NCBI GenBank assembly: GCA_028534125.1
Contig: CM052817.1
Coordinates: forward strand, 36,334,001 to 36,398,000
Length of the DNA: 64,000 nt
Source of the DNA: Lama glama
Lineage: Eukaryota
Direction of reading: 5' to 3'
Shown here: positions 26,100 to 37,700 of the stretch, piece by piece
Layout of the letters: each line of letters begins with the position of its first letter
Position numbering within the stretch: position 1 is the first letter of the stretch
The notes under the pieces: model-generated
What the model saw: the letters and a program-made list of their open reading frames with translations, nothing else
What the model was told of the DNA's origin: nothing
Database searches by the model: none
Position numbers and translations under genes: made by a program

Positions 26100-26960
26100 G
26101 GTCCGGTCACTGGCTTCCTGGCACCCTTGCGATAGGCCCTGCTGAAAACTCAAGACATTTCTCACTTAAGCGCTCGTTTTGTTTGCAATGTGTAAACGCG
26201 CTGGAACAGCCGTAAGAGGTCCCGGCGGCAGGCTGAGCGCTCAACCTCCGAGCGGTGCAACGGGAAAAGCAGTCGGGTCCGGAGCGCATCCGGAACCAAA
26301 GAGCTAGCCGCCACCTGTCGGGGGCAGCGTTTCCAGAGCACCGTGGGGCGGGGCCTGGCTGGCAGAGTTGGACTCAGAACCTTCGGCTGGAGAGGCCTGG
26401 ACCCGGGCTGTCAGTCCCGGGCTGCCGGACCATGCTGAGCGGAGCGTGCGGCCGGCTCGCCTCAGCGCTGCGAGGGACACTCGCGCCGCCATCCGCCGTC
26501 GCCCGGAGGTGCCTGCACGCGTCAGGGTCGCTGTCGTCCGCCGAGAAAAGCGAGAGGACGAGGAAGCCGCCCCAGGCCTTCGACCCGGCGCTGCTGGAGT
26601 TCTTGGTGTGCCCGCTCTCCAAGAAGCCGCTCAGGTGAGATTCCCCCGCTGCGGGTGGCCTCCGGTCGCGGGGAGGGGACAGGTGGGCCGCACGGCCGTT
26701 TACAGCCACTGGGGAGCTTTTTAGGTCACTCCGGGTATTCTTCGCTGCCATTGTTTGGACCCGGGCCCGCCAGCTCGCAGGAAGGGCGAGAGGAGGCCGG
26801 AAGGGACCCGAGCTCTAAACCTCCGAGTCAAAGCGCCGACTCGTAGGCTTGGATCGAAGAGTTTATATAGGTTCGCCACTGGCTGCGCATTAGAATCGCC
26901 AGGGGACCTTTTTAAAAAATGCAGATTTCCAGGCACCACCCCAGGCGGGCCAAGTCGGTA
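26100..26960. promoter_or_regulatory. CpG-island, TATA-less promoter and first exon of PYURF/PIGY with Sp1 GC box
   Basis: Only large CpG-dense tract in the window; GGGGCGGGGC at 26345-26354. Confidence 0.9.
26432..26634 (+). CDS. PYURF: PYURF/PREY coding exon 1 (mitochondrial TRM112-like methyltransferase chaperone; Arg/Ala/Ser-rich targeting peptide)
   Basis: accATGc at 26432; MLSGACGRLASALRG...FDPALLEFLVCPLSKKPL; donor CAG|gtgaga after 26634 (phase 2). Confidence 0.97.
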
Positions 26961-27045
26961 GGTCTGAGTGAGTCCCTGAGCGATTAGATATTTTCTTAAA
27001 AGGACCGTAAGTAATTCTTTTGTACAGCCAGGTTTATGAACTCTA
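26870..27045. mobile_element. MER5A-like remnant in PYURF intron
   Basis: ggctgcgcattagaatcgccaggggacctttttaaaaaatgcagatttccagg...gtaattcttttgtacagccaggtttatgaac. Confidence 0.7.
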
Positions 27046-27357
27046 GGGATTCAGGACTAGTCCAAGGCATTCCGATTTTTAAGCCAAGATGATGGACCAT
27101 ATTGTAGTAGCTTCCGCATTCTTGTGAAAATGCCATGTACGATTCTAAGCATGTAAGCTACGTGTGCTGCCCTTTGGCTTTTGGTTCTGGACTAGCCGAT
27201 TTTTGTAAAGGCCTTCTTAACCTTTAACCTAGAATCTTTCGGATAAATAGGGATTGACTCAATGTCAAGAATTGGACACATGTTACTGTTCACTGAACAT
27301 CCAGGTCTTCCAAGCATTTTGTTTTCCATGATTCATTTTGTTTTGCTTTCCCCTCAG

Positions 27358-27499
27358 ATATGAAGCATCGACAAATGAATTGATTAATGAAGAGTTAGGA
27401 ATAGCCTATCCAGTTATTGATGGGATTCCTAATATGATACCACAGGCAGCTAGGATGACACATCAGAATAAGAAGCAAGAAGAAACGGAGCGGCATTAG
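27358..27499 (+). CDS. PYURF: PYURF/PREY coding exon 2; spliced product 114 aa
   Basis: Pyrimidine tract + ccctcag| acceptor; (R)YEASTNELINEELGIAYPVIDGIPNMIPQAARMTHQNKKQEETERH*; TAG 27497-27499; YPVIDGIP is the TRM112-like motif. Confidence 0.97.
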
Positions 27500-27596
27500 A
27501 TCATCCTTAGAAACAACACAGAACTAAATTTTCTAAAATACCACCCACTTAAAAAAAAAACAAAACAGGGTGGCGGGAAATAAGTGGGGGAGAAGA

Positions 27597-27812
27597 ATGT
27601 TTCTGTCTCTTCCTACACTGACTGTCCTTATTCCCTTGGTGTCGTTAGCAGGACTGTTATACTCAGCCTCTGTGGAAGAAAACTTCCCACAGGGCTGCAC
27701 GAGCACAGCCAGCCTGTGCTTTTACAGTCTGCTCTTGCCGATCACCATCCCCGTTTATGTGTTCTTCCACCTTTGGACTTGGATGGGTATTAAACTCTTC
27801 AGGCATAACTGA
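27597..27812 (+). CDS. PIGY: PIG-Y, subunit of GPI-N-acetylglucosaminyltransferase, 71 aa, two hydrophobic segments; second cistron
   Basis: MFLSLPTLTVLIPLVSLAGLLYSASVEENFPQGCTSTASLCFYSLLLPITIPVYVFFHLWTWMGIKLFRHN*; starts 97 nt after PYURF stop in the same exon. Confidence 0.97.
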   Translation: MFLSLPTLTVLIPLVSLAGLLYSASVEENFPQGCTSTASLCFYSLLLPITIPVYVFFHLWTWMGIKLFRHN

Positions 27813-28256
27813 TGCAGCTGGAGCCAAGATAGTTTATACTAATGATATGCCTGAATGTTTGTCTCTGAAAGCTCAACCACGTGGGAATACTGGAAACCCA
27901 CTTAATTTGCGAGAAAGAGGCTTTGCCTAGCTCCTCAGAGGTTTAGGACTATGGGAGGCTTAAGCTGCAGGGGTTTCTTTATTGTACTTGGGTTCTGCAC
28001 TTGTTTTTTGAAGGTGAATTATACCTGGTGTTTCAGAAGAAACATTTCAACAAAGTGTCTTGTTGGAAATTAACAGCCCCAACCATCATCTGCTGACTTT
28101 ATTTCTTATCCCATTCATCTAAAAGTTACTAATTTGAAGTTTTACGTTTGTTTTAGATTCAGAGTCTGGTAAAATCACATGTTAAGAATGACTAAAATAA
28201 TTCCAGAGGATTTCCCTGTAGAGAAATGCATTTGAACTAATGTGATATAAAACTAA

Positions 28257-28351
28257 AATAAAATGGAAATTTCATGAACTTGCAAAAATTCTGAGTTTGT
28301 AAAATTACTTTTGTCTTTTTAGCATCAGATGCTTATATTAACAATAATAAA
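28257..28351 (+). terminator. Candidate polyadenylation signals of PYURF/PIGY
   Basis: AATAAA at 28257-28262 and 28346-28351, each followed by T-rich sequence. Confidence 0.6.
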
Positions 28352-29031
28352 ATAAGATATTGACATTTTCCATAAAACAATTTGCAGGCTTTTTCTTTTG
28401 GTCACAAGACTGTGATTCTAAGGAAGAGAAAATATAAAATATTCTAAATTTTAAACTGTAAGCTGTGTTTAGAGAGGCACTTAATAGCCAAACTAGAGTG
28501 ATTTCCCAGGAAAGTATATGCCTCTGGGGGTTAGAAGTGGGGTTGAAAAACTTGCAAATAGCTGATTATGTGCTGTTGATTTAGGGCTATGTTTTGAGCC
28601 ACATTTCCTGCCATAGAAGACCTATTTAGCACTACTAAGGGCATGAGCATTTGACACATTAAAAGTTACTGATTTTCCTGAATTTTAACAAGACTGATCA
28701 GTACAGTAACTGTCTCAGAGGTATAACATAAATGTTTCAGTAGTTACCCTAAAGAAACCTAAGAACTGAATATAAACTTAATTGATTTTTAATAGAATCT
28801 TAGTTTAACAGAAGCTGTAGACAGTGATTCTTCCCCTTCAAAAGAAAATTAAAACATGAGGTAAGATGTATTTTCTATTGCATTAATTCAATGTGTATAC
28901 TGTAGTACAAGTTGTTTTTAAAATTACCCTATGGCAATATACAAATAACCCAGAAGACTATAGAGGTTCCCATCATTTCCTGAGATGGCATTATTGTTCT
29001 TTTTAATTTACCCTAAATCTCACTATGGTCA

Positions 29032-29280
29032 TGTAACCGAGCAGGACCCTGTAGGGTCTCCCATGGGCAGACCCCTCCCCCAGATCCTCTGCTGTAGCTC
29101 CTCTCTGAGTACCCAGTTAACAGTATTTCATGTACATTTCCTGAGTTTTGCAGATGCTAAATACCACCACCAAAGGGAAGAAATTAACTACTTGATGATT
29201 GTGCCCACGTAGTCCCCAGACTTTCTGGTGCCTAGGGATTAATAGTGTTGGCAGCCCCGTTACCTCCACATCAACCAGTC
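29032..29280 (+). mobile_element. ERV1-type LTR 5' fragment between PIGY and HERC5 3' ends
   Basis: Starts TGTAACCGAGCAGGACCCTGTAGGG; LTR-like composition; 3' end not identifiable. Confidence 0.55.
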
Positions 29281-30619
29281 AAGTCTTAAGCCTTCTGTAT
29301 TTTGTCCACTACATTCTGCTACTTCTAGTAACCCTCTCAGATGTGACACCCTTTCTTGGGAATTCTCCATCGGTTTTCTAGTGGGTTCCTTTCCTAAGTT
29401 CCTCACAGCACAGCCTGTCCTTTATGGGGACTCCTTCACTAGCTTCCCATTTCAGAACTCATGCCACACGCACCATCACGTTGACCGCACCACCTCCCAG
29501 TGCACTGTAAACCCACTGATTCTATCACTAATTGGGACTCTTCCTCCTCAACCATCAACTGACTCCACAGTGGCATGGGACCTCTTGCCCACTCAGAGCC
29601 TCTTAAGATTATCTTCCCTAGTGTCCTCATCCGCATCACTGACAGGGATCGTATTTAACCACCTTGTTAATGAGAGCCTTCTCACCGGCTTTTTAAGTGG
29701 GAATTTTCCACTCTGAGGATATAAAAAAGGCCTTGCCATGACCTACTCTCCCTCTGCATTTTCTTCCATTCTTGCAGAGGGGCTTTTAACGAAGTCTTTC
29801 TGAACTTCAGGCTCTTGTATCGGTAACATGGAAATGATGATACATACTTCCAGAGCTCGTGGGCATTTTAAGTGAGGTAGGAAATATGAAGTTACCTGCT
29901 ACAGCCAAGAGCCACAGTAGATTCTCACTAGTGCACATAGTCGAGGAGGGAAAGGCCTGTCCCCTTCTCTAAGTTCTGTCCCTCTTAGTGAAACAGTCCA
30001 TTTGGAGGTGACTGCTGTCTTCCGCACATGCCACTACGTGGCACTTCTGGCTAACTTACGGGATCCCTGGTAGCTAAGCAAGCAGGAGGAACCAGAGACT
30101 ACACATGGGAAATGCACAGCTAGGTAGCCATATTCCACAGGCACTAATTCACTCTCATGGCATCCACTAGATAGCCATGATCTCTACAGGGAATCCTGAG
30201 AAACAACCCGGACGGGGGAGGTGGAACTGAAGACATGAGGTGAGGAAGCAGGAGGGGTAGGGGTGGGTGAGAAGAGGGTTCCAGGCAGAAGACAGACTAT
30301 GTGTGAAAACGCAGTAAAGAGACTGTGGCCCATTCAGGAAACCGAGGTGGTTACAGTTGACTAGAATGTGGCACACCATGTGTGCAGGGCAGTGGTGGGA
30401 GACCAGGCTGGAGCTGGGCAGGGGGCACATCAGGAAGGATTCGGGAACTGTAATAACAGTGTTAATGCAAATGGACTTTATTGCTTTAAAATTGCTTTGA
30501 TATATGCAGCTGATAAACACTGGCTCTCCTTCACAAAAAAGGAGGGAAAAAGCACATGCAAAATTGCAGGGGTTTTGTGTGTTATGGACCCCTTTGGTGG
30601 CAAGTCCTTACATTTGTAC

Positions 30620-30742
30620 TAATATATTAGCCACCAGTCACATATAGATACTGAGCATTTGAAATGTGGCTAGTGTGACAGGACCTGAATTTTACATTTC
30701 ATTTAATTTTAATTAAATAGCCACATATTGGACAGCACAGCC
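30620..30742. mobile_element. MER3-like hAT remnant
   Basis: tagccaccagtcacatat...gagcatttgaaatgtggctagtgtgac...tattggacagcacag. Confidence 0.75.
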
Positions 30743-31210
30743 CTAGACTCCCTTTTTCTCCCACTACTACCCATGAAAGTTTTCTCTCTCCAAAAACTAA
30801 ACTTTATCTGCAGCAGGGGTCCAGCTCACTCTGCCATGCAGATCTAGATTTCTGGCATGCAGGTAGAGACATGGACTACTCAGAAAAAATGGCTGTGATG
30901 CTGGAATAGATCAGTTCCTGTGGGTCAGAGAGAGCGAACTGGGTATCAGCAGCACAGAAGGAACAGCTGACGTCGTGGCACTGAGGAGTGCAAAGTGAGA
31001 AAGACAACTACACCACGTTAGGTCCAGGGAGTGAGAGAACCAGGCAGAAAAGGAGGCAAAGGACATGGGAAGGTAGCCAAGAGAAGGCAAGCCGCGCAGC
31101 TCCTGAGAGCTTGGAGGAGAAAGTCAGAGGTTTCCAAGGCCATACATATATTTAAGATGGAAATGGGCAAGTTTCTACTGAAATTTACAAACGAGAAGTC
31201 ACCTGTGACT

Positions 31211-31465
31211 TTTATTAGAGCAGTTTGAGAGGGAGAAGAACCATTTCAGCCCTGGACAAACTACCCAGACGTTTATGAGGGAAAAAAAAAAAACAAAAAG
31301 AAAAACTTCTGTCTCGTTTCATGTTTCAGGATCACCTTGTTTTAACAGCCTAATCTATATCATTATTAATACATCTTACATGTAAAAAGAGAAGTTCTCA
31401 AAAGGTAGATAAACACACTGAATAGTCAGCAAGACTTCAATGTTAATTTTTGAGTTAATTTTATT
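31211..31465 (-). terminator. Candidate HERC5 polyadenylation signals
   Basis: AATAAA on minus strand at 31460-31465 (43 nt after stop) and 31211-31216. Confidence 0.5.
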
Positions 31466-31508
31466 TTTGAAAGTATTTCCCCAACGGGGTAAGGAGTGCA
31501 GGGCAGGG

Positions 31509-31714
31509 TCAGCCGAAGCCCCTGTTGTTGTTGATGGCTACCTGAAGTGCTTCTTCCACCCTTTCCATTGTAGAGTATTTAGGGAGGTAGAGGACACTAA
31601 AACATGTCTGTGCTCTTATGGGATCTCTCTCATTCAAATTTTCAGGACAGCAAAATGTTATTTTCATGTTCTGTAAACCTTTTACTTGAATTCTGTCAGT
31701 TCCTGTAAGAAATA
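31509..31714 (-). CDS. HERC5: HERC5 last coding exon 23 with catalytic Cys (31602-31604)
   Basis: [71 protein letters not shown] at 31511-31509. Confidence 0.95.
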
Positions 31715-34700
31715 CTAAAAGAAGAATAAAAATGAGTGATCTGTTTCACTGAGACCAAAATTTATAGGGAGAAAATGTGTTTATTCAACACACACGTGCA
31801 GAGTCCTACACTGAGCTGCGCTGGAGACCATTATTAGGACAAAGTCTGACACAGAGCCACTGCCCTCAAGCAGCTTACAGTCTGGCTGGGAATATTAGAT
31901 TGTGTAGGAAAAGACAAACAGCAAGAGAAAAACAGAAGGGTGTAAGGCAGCCAAGCAAGGTGCCATGGATCTAAGTCCCTCCTGAGTGTAAATGCTGTAC
32001 TTCAGAGCAGGGAGAATCAGGCTGGGATGACCAGGGAGACTTCTGACAGTTGGGAAATAAGTTGAACCTTTAAAGAAGGAAAGGTTTAGAGGGGCAACAA
32101 GGAGGGAGGTGAAGGGTCAAGGCAGGGATGGATCTTCTGAGAAAGCTGGAGGTGGGAGGCACAGGGTGAGCTCTGGACACCTTGTCCCTTGTACGGACAA
32201 GGGAACTACTTGGCCAGAACAAAGATTTCCTCTAAGAGTTGAGATTGGAAAGTTAGGTTGGGCTTCTGAAGAAGTCTGAGTATCTTCCAACATACATGTT
32301 ATCCACAAAAATAAGAAGAAGAAGACAAATGTTTCTCAAAAATAAGTAAGGAAACTGAGTAAGAAAATGAGAGAGAAAGTCATTAAACAAGTCTCAGGAA
32401 AACCACCAAGTCGGCATAAAACTGAGATCAAAATCTAAAGGTGAGGCAGAAAACTGGAGACGAGTGACTATACAGCTTGGTTAATCCCACAGGGCCTGGG
32501 TGACTGAATGATGACACAATGACAGAAAGAAGGCTCAATATTTAGCTCAAAGAAAAGAACAGGCAGAGTTGAAAATCAAAGGAAAAAAGCCCTACATTAA
32601 CATTAGGTTTTTGATGTTGGGACAGCCTGGCATAGAGGACATCAACTGGACTAGGAGTGGCTCTTACACTGTGACTCATTGTAAATGGTGCCTCTGACAA
32701 ACAAGATTTCCTTATCTCACAAAAAAGCCATGATTCTATAGAACTACTCCTGATGTAATACTTACCAAGGAATTTTTTCTTTTCCTCCAAAGTCAATTTG
32801 TGTAAAGCCTTCCAAAACATCACTATGGTGGGATGTGAATTGTCGTATCCTTGTGCATAATGTGCATTCTACAGAAAAATGCAAAAAAAAAAAAATTCAG
32901 AAATCAAACAAACAAAATTTTACTTTAAACTTCTTGGCCTGTATGAAGTACCTTTTCAAATGTTTCCCAGTCGTAATCTGTATTTCCAATAATCACATCC
33001 TTGAGTTCTTCAGGATGGAAAAATTCAATAATCTCCTTGTCACACACTTTATAAAATCCTCTTTGAAACTCTTCATAAACTACCTTTACAGAGATGTTGA
33101 AGATGTAATTGACATACTTAGAAACATAGTCTCTCCTTTAACGAAACAAAAAATGATTTCAGATTATTGTAATATCCTGAACAAAAGTAGGGGAGGGGGT
33201 GAGAAGAATGATAAAAATAAAGAGCTAGAACACCTAACAACCGGTACCATGAACTTAGAGATGTTTTTCACATATTATCTAATTTAACCTTCATAAAATT
33301 CTCTGAGGCAGGTTCTCGGAGCATTTTGGTGAAGAGGAAACTGAGCCACAGTGAAGGTACATGATGCTCAAGGTCATGCAGTTAGGAGAATTGTCAGATT
33401 AGAAAAGAGGAAGTTTGGAAGAATAAAACCTGACTTGCTATCGGTGATCAGCTCTGGGGAATGGGCTGGGGAGATGGAGGAAACTTTTCATATTTTATCT
33501 TACACACTTCTGTACTGTATGAATTTGTCAAAGTGAGTAATATTATTTGTGGTTAGACACAAACAAAAAGGGGATTTATGCATCTAGCTATGATGAGCAG
33601 CTGGCAGCAAATGTCCCCAGCCGTAAGAACTAGAAAGAGCCGGGTAAAACACCAAAGCACATCTAGCTCCAGGCTTCCGAATCTGAGTCAAAACTCAAGG
33701 AGCCTCTGGACTAAGAGAGAAGAGAACTCTCTGAGGTGAGCCCAGCACTCGACTTGCAGTTTCTTCCTTTGGGCACGTTTGCTAATTCTTTTACGGAAAG
33801 GGGCCAGAGGCAGTCAGTCATACTATGGATAAATTGGGGCTTATCCATAAAATGTACCCAAGAGCTAGAAGTGTTCTGTTTCTTGATCTGCAAACTTATA
33901 ATTTGTATACTTTTCTGTATGTTATGCTACAATACAAAGTTTTTTAAAATAAAGATTTTTAAAAAATCAAAGAAAAACATTTGGCTTAGGCTAGCATGCT
34001 CACTAGATATCTCTTTGCTACTCTGACCAGTTATCAAGGGAACGTTCATTCTATGATCCCAAACTCTATGGCTTTAAATGGCATCCCATTAGGTATCGGG
34101 AAATCAAGATACCACAGCAACCTCTAATAATATTAACAAAACTAAGTGCCTGCTAGGGACCGGGCACCACTGTGGACCACTCTAGATACTGGATATAGTA
34201 CAGTGGTGAGCAACGCAGACCAAGTCCCTGCCATCACGCAGCTCCTTAGAGCTGGGGGAAACACTGATAAGTAAAGAAGCAAAAAATCCAACAGGTGGGT
34301 AATGTGTGACATGAAAAGAAAAAGTAAAGCAGGGCAAGGGTCAAGAGAGAAGTCAGTGGTATTCTAGACAAGAAGATAAAGGAAGGCCTCCCCAAGAAAG
34401 CCATTTCCTTCTCAGCCAGAATACAAAGTCCAGGAGACACACTCATATACACAATATGCACCAACTCTCTGCCTTATTGAAAAGTGATTACTTAAGAAAG
34501 GAAAATGATAATTACAAGGAATTTTTAGAGTCCAGTGAAATATAGTGTATAAAAAACCCAAACATTTCATTTCTTTGTACCTACTTGTTAGTCTGGCTGA
34601 CAATTACGTGACTTCCGTCAGGAATTAAGTCTACATCATTTTTGTCCCAGTGCACCTGTAACCACAAATGAACTCAGATAGTATCTCCCAAGTAATCCTA

Positions 34701-37700
34701 AACATCTACTATCAACAAAAACACTTTGGAGCACACCTCTATTCCTCAAAAATTTGTAGAAATGTACTTTTTTGTCATAAAAATGAGCGAGAAATGTATA
34801 AATAAAAAATTACCACCTTTATCATGCAGAATGGAAAATGAGTTTTTAAAAAAAAAAACTTGAATTATCTATTTCAGCTGATCATACTAAAAAAATTAAT
34901 TGGAAAATCGCCACCTCAGTATTCACTTTATACAGTACAGACCCAGTGTGGTAGATTAGCAAAAAAAAAAAAAAAAAGGCCACCAGTTCCTCCCATCCCG
35001 GTATTCTTGCCCCTCTGCAATGTGACCCACCTCCCATCAAGGGGGGAGTCTATTTCTTTGGCCCGTGTATCTGGATGAGGCCATGTTAAGTACTCTGGCC
35101 AACAGGGTCTGGCAGGAGAAAAACCTTGAAAAGAAGCTGATGTGTTGGGGCCTGCCATCTCTTTCCACTCTGTGTAACCCTGAGACCACTCTGTGAAGAC
35201 ACCTCAGAGCCTGGAGGACAAGAGACCACTAGCACAGAGACAGCTGTTCCAGAGGACACCCCGTAAACTGACCAGCCTGCCAATGACCAGGTATGTGAGC
35301 AAGGCCACTGTGGACCGTGCAGCCCGGCCAAGTCAGCCCTGTCCGGAAACCCACAGAATCACGTTTCTTGTTTTAAGCCACTAAGTTTAGATGCTGGCTG
35401 CTAAACAGTAAAAGCTAACTGATACACCCTGCTCATGAAAAATGAAAACAAAACAAAACAAAAGCACCTTTTGTACTAGCTTGGTTCAGTTTGGTTTTAT
35501 ACTAAAGGTACGTATACAAAGGTTAATCAGTTTAAATAAGATCTGCAATTTGATTATTGTTACTCACATTAAAATAGACTTGAAATACTTCCCCAAAGTC
35601 ATTGCCTTCATCATCCAGAAGTGTTTGCAAACTCCTAAGGAACAAATAATTTTGTGTTTAAGAAATCAATAATCACGACAGCTACACTAAAATAAACGTC
35701 AAGAGCATGCCTGTTCTCAAGGTGGGGGGTCAGGGTCAGTCCACAGCACCTGTTTCTGTATATTAAGAGTCTAACTAGGGCCAGACCTCACCCAAGGTGT
35801 GAGAATGGAAGTTTATTTGCAATTCTGTAGGCTCTCCACCTAATTCCCAGCTCTCTTCCCGCCACCCCAACTTCTTTTACCCCGTGACTGTAGGCATCTG
35901 TTCTGAAAAGGATCGCTAACACACTCACTGCTGATACAGAAACTCAAACTGGTGTCACCTTTCCTTGAGCTTTTAAATTTTACTTAGAGAATAATAGATG
36001 TCCTTTTAATTATCAAGTTATCTCTTAAAATTTTTGAGGAATGGGTGGGTCAAAAGACCTTCTCTGTACCTCCTGTCCCAATATCCTCAAGCTTAAGACA
36101 GACAAGAAATTTCACTGCCTTAATTGTCTCAAAGCATCTGTGAGAACGGAGGTTATATCAGAATGGAGGTTAGGTTTTTATATTTCCATCTTCTGTTGTT
36201 CTAATGGTACTTTATAAAGTTTCTTTTAAAGTAATACATCGCTTATTATAGTATGTGGTCCTTCACTCATTTATTCATTCAACAAACATTAAGTACTTGA
36301 TATGGCAGGCATAAGGGATATAAAGTTGAGACATAAATTATTATCAATAAGCCCTGAGACTAGAAGGGTTGATGAAAGTCTTACCTACAGTGCTATCAGG
36401 TATGTGCAGCCAGAAACAATATAAAGGTACAATTTGGGAGAGCCTGCTTAACTCTTCCTGAAGGGATGTATGTCACTGGGGAAGGCCTCTGGGAGAAGGT
36501 AGAATCCAAGTTGACTTTCTCCCTTGATGGATTTTTTTTTAATTACCATACTGTGATAAGATGCTGGGTCTTTTATTATGGGACCAGGATAAAAACAGAC
36601 TGTATTTTATTCATTGTGTTTTTTGGGGGGTGAGGGAGAGTAATGGGAACTTGGCTGACAAATCTGGATTCATCGTAATACTTGGTTCATGATACTCTGT
36701 CATTATATGTCCATCTACAGTTTATTTGCTTATTTATGGGTGTGTTTATGAAGAACATCTGTGAACGTGCCTCCCCAAACAAGAACTAAAACGTTGCCAA
36801 CATCTTATACCTACCTATCAGGGGTACCTCCCTTATCTTATTTTTCTACCACCCCCAAAATGTTACACAAAGATTTACGGTTTGAAGAGGATCTTTTCAT
36901 CAAAGTATCTCTTGATGAACAGAGAACTTCCTTCATCTTATTGCAATTAAATTTATCAATCCTTCCTTTAATGTACCAACATTAACTTTTTATGTCTTGC
37001 TTGAGAAGTCCCAACGGTGAGAAAGGTATGTGTCCATATTTTCATCATTTTTGCATTCAATATTTAAGTCCTTTATCCATACAGAGTTGATTTTTTTTGT
37101 ATGTCCTAAGGTGCCTGCCCTCATTTTTTCCCTGGATGCATTAACTGACTAGTACTTCTATCCCCACTGATTTAATCTACTACCTCTAACAAAGTGCCTT
37201 GTGTGTAGGGTCAGTTTCTGTGCTCTCCTGTCCCACTAGAAAGCCTGCATCAAAACCATACTGCCTTAACTAATGCAGCTTTCTAATGACCCTTGATACC
37301 TGGTTGGCTAGGTTCCCCATCCTTATTCACCTTACAAATTATTTCTGGCTATTTCTGGCCCCTTGTTCATCTATATAAATTTTAAATCAGCATGTCAAGT
37401 TTTTGTTTTTGTTTCTTTTTTAAACCTGCTAGGATTAAAACAGGAGTCGCAGTGAATATAGAGATCAGTGATTCTCCAAGTGTGACCCAGACCAACAACT
37501 TGTGGGAATCCCTAAGGCCTTTACAGGGGTCCACAAAGTCAAAACTGTTTTCTTAATACTAAGATGTTACCTCCTTCACATTCTGTTGTGAGTACAAGGC
37601 AGAATTTTCTAGGGGCTATATGAAAGCTAACAGATGAGTGTGTATTTCTGTATTTAAAATATGTATCACTTTTAACTTCCAATACTGTAAATACCGACGA

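Noticed and set aside
26255..26751. Overlapping ORFs in the CpG island (26255 GTG extension, 26368 +, 26374 -, 26304 -)
   Set aside because: Expected from stop-codon scarcity in GC-rich DNA; the 26368 frame would splice onto ATA TGA and stop at once; the 26255 start probably lies upstream of the TSS
26432..27812. PYURF-PIGY fusion by stop read-through
   Set aside because: PIGY AUG is 100 nt from the first base of the PYURF stop (different frame), and TAA at 27534 closes the PIGY frame upstream
30164..30176. Second CTCF site (CCACTAGATAGCC)
   Set aside because: Mismatch at a strongly conserved G of the core; too weak to call
32835..33287. 150-aa plus-strand ORF antisense to HERC5 exons 21-22
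   Set aside because: Starts at GTG, low complexity, shadow of the coding strand; no recognisable motif
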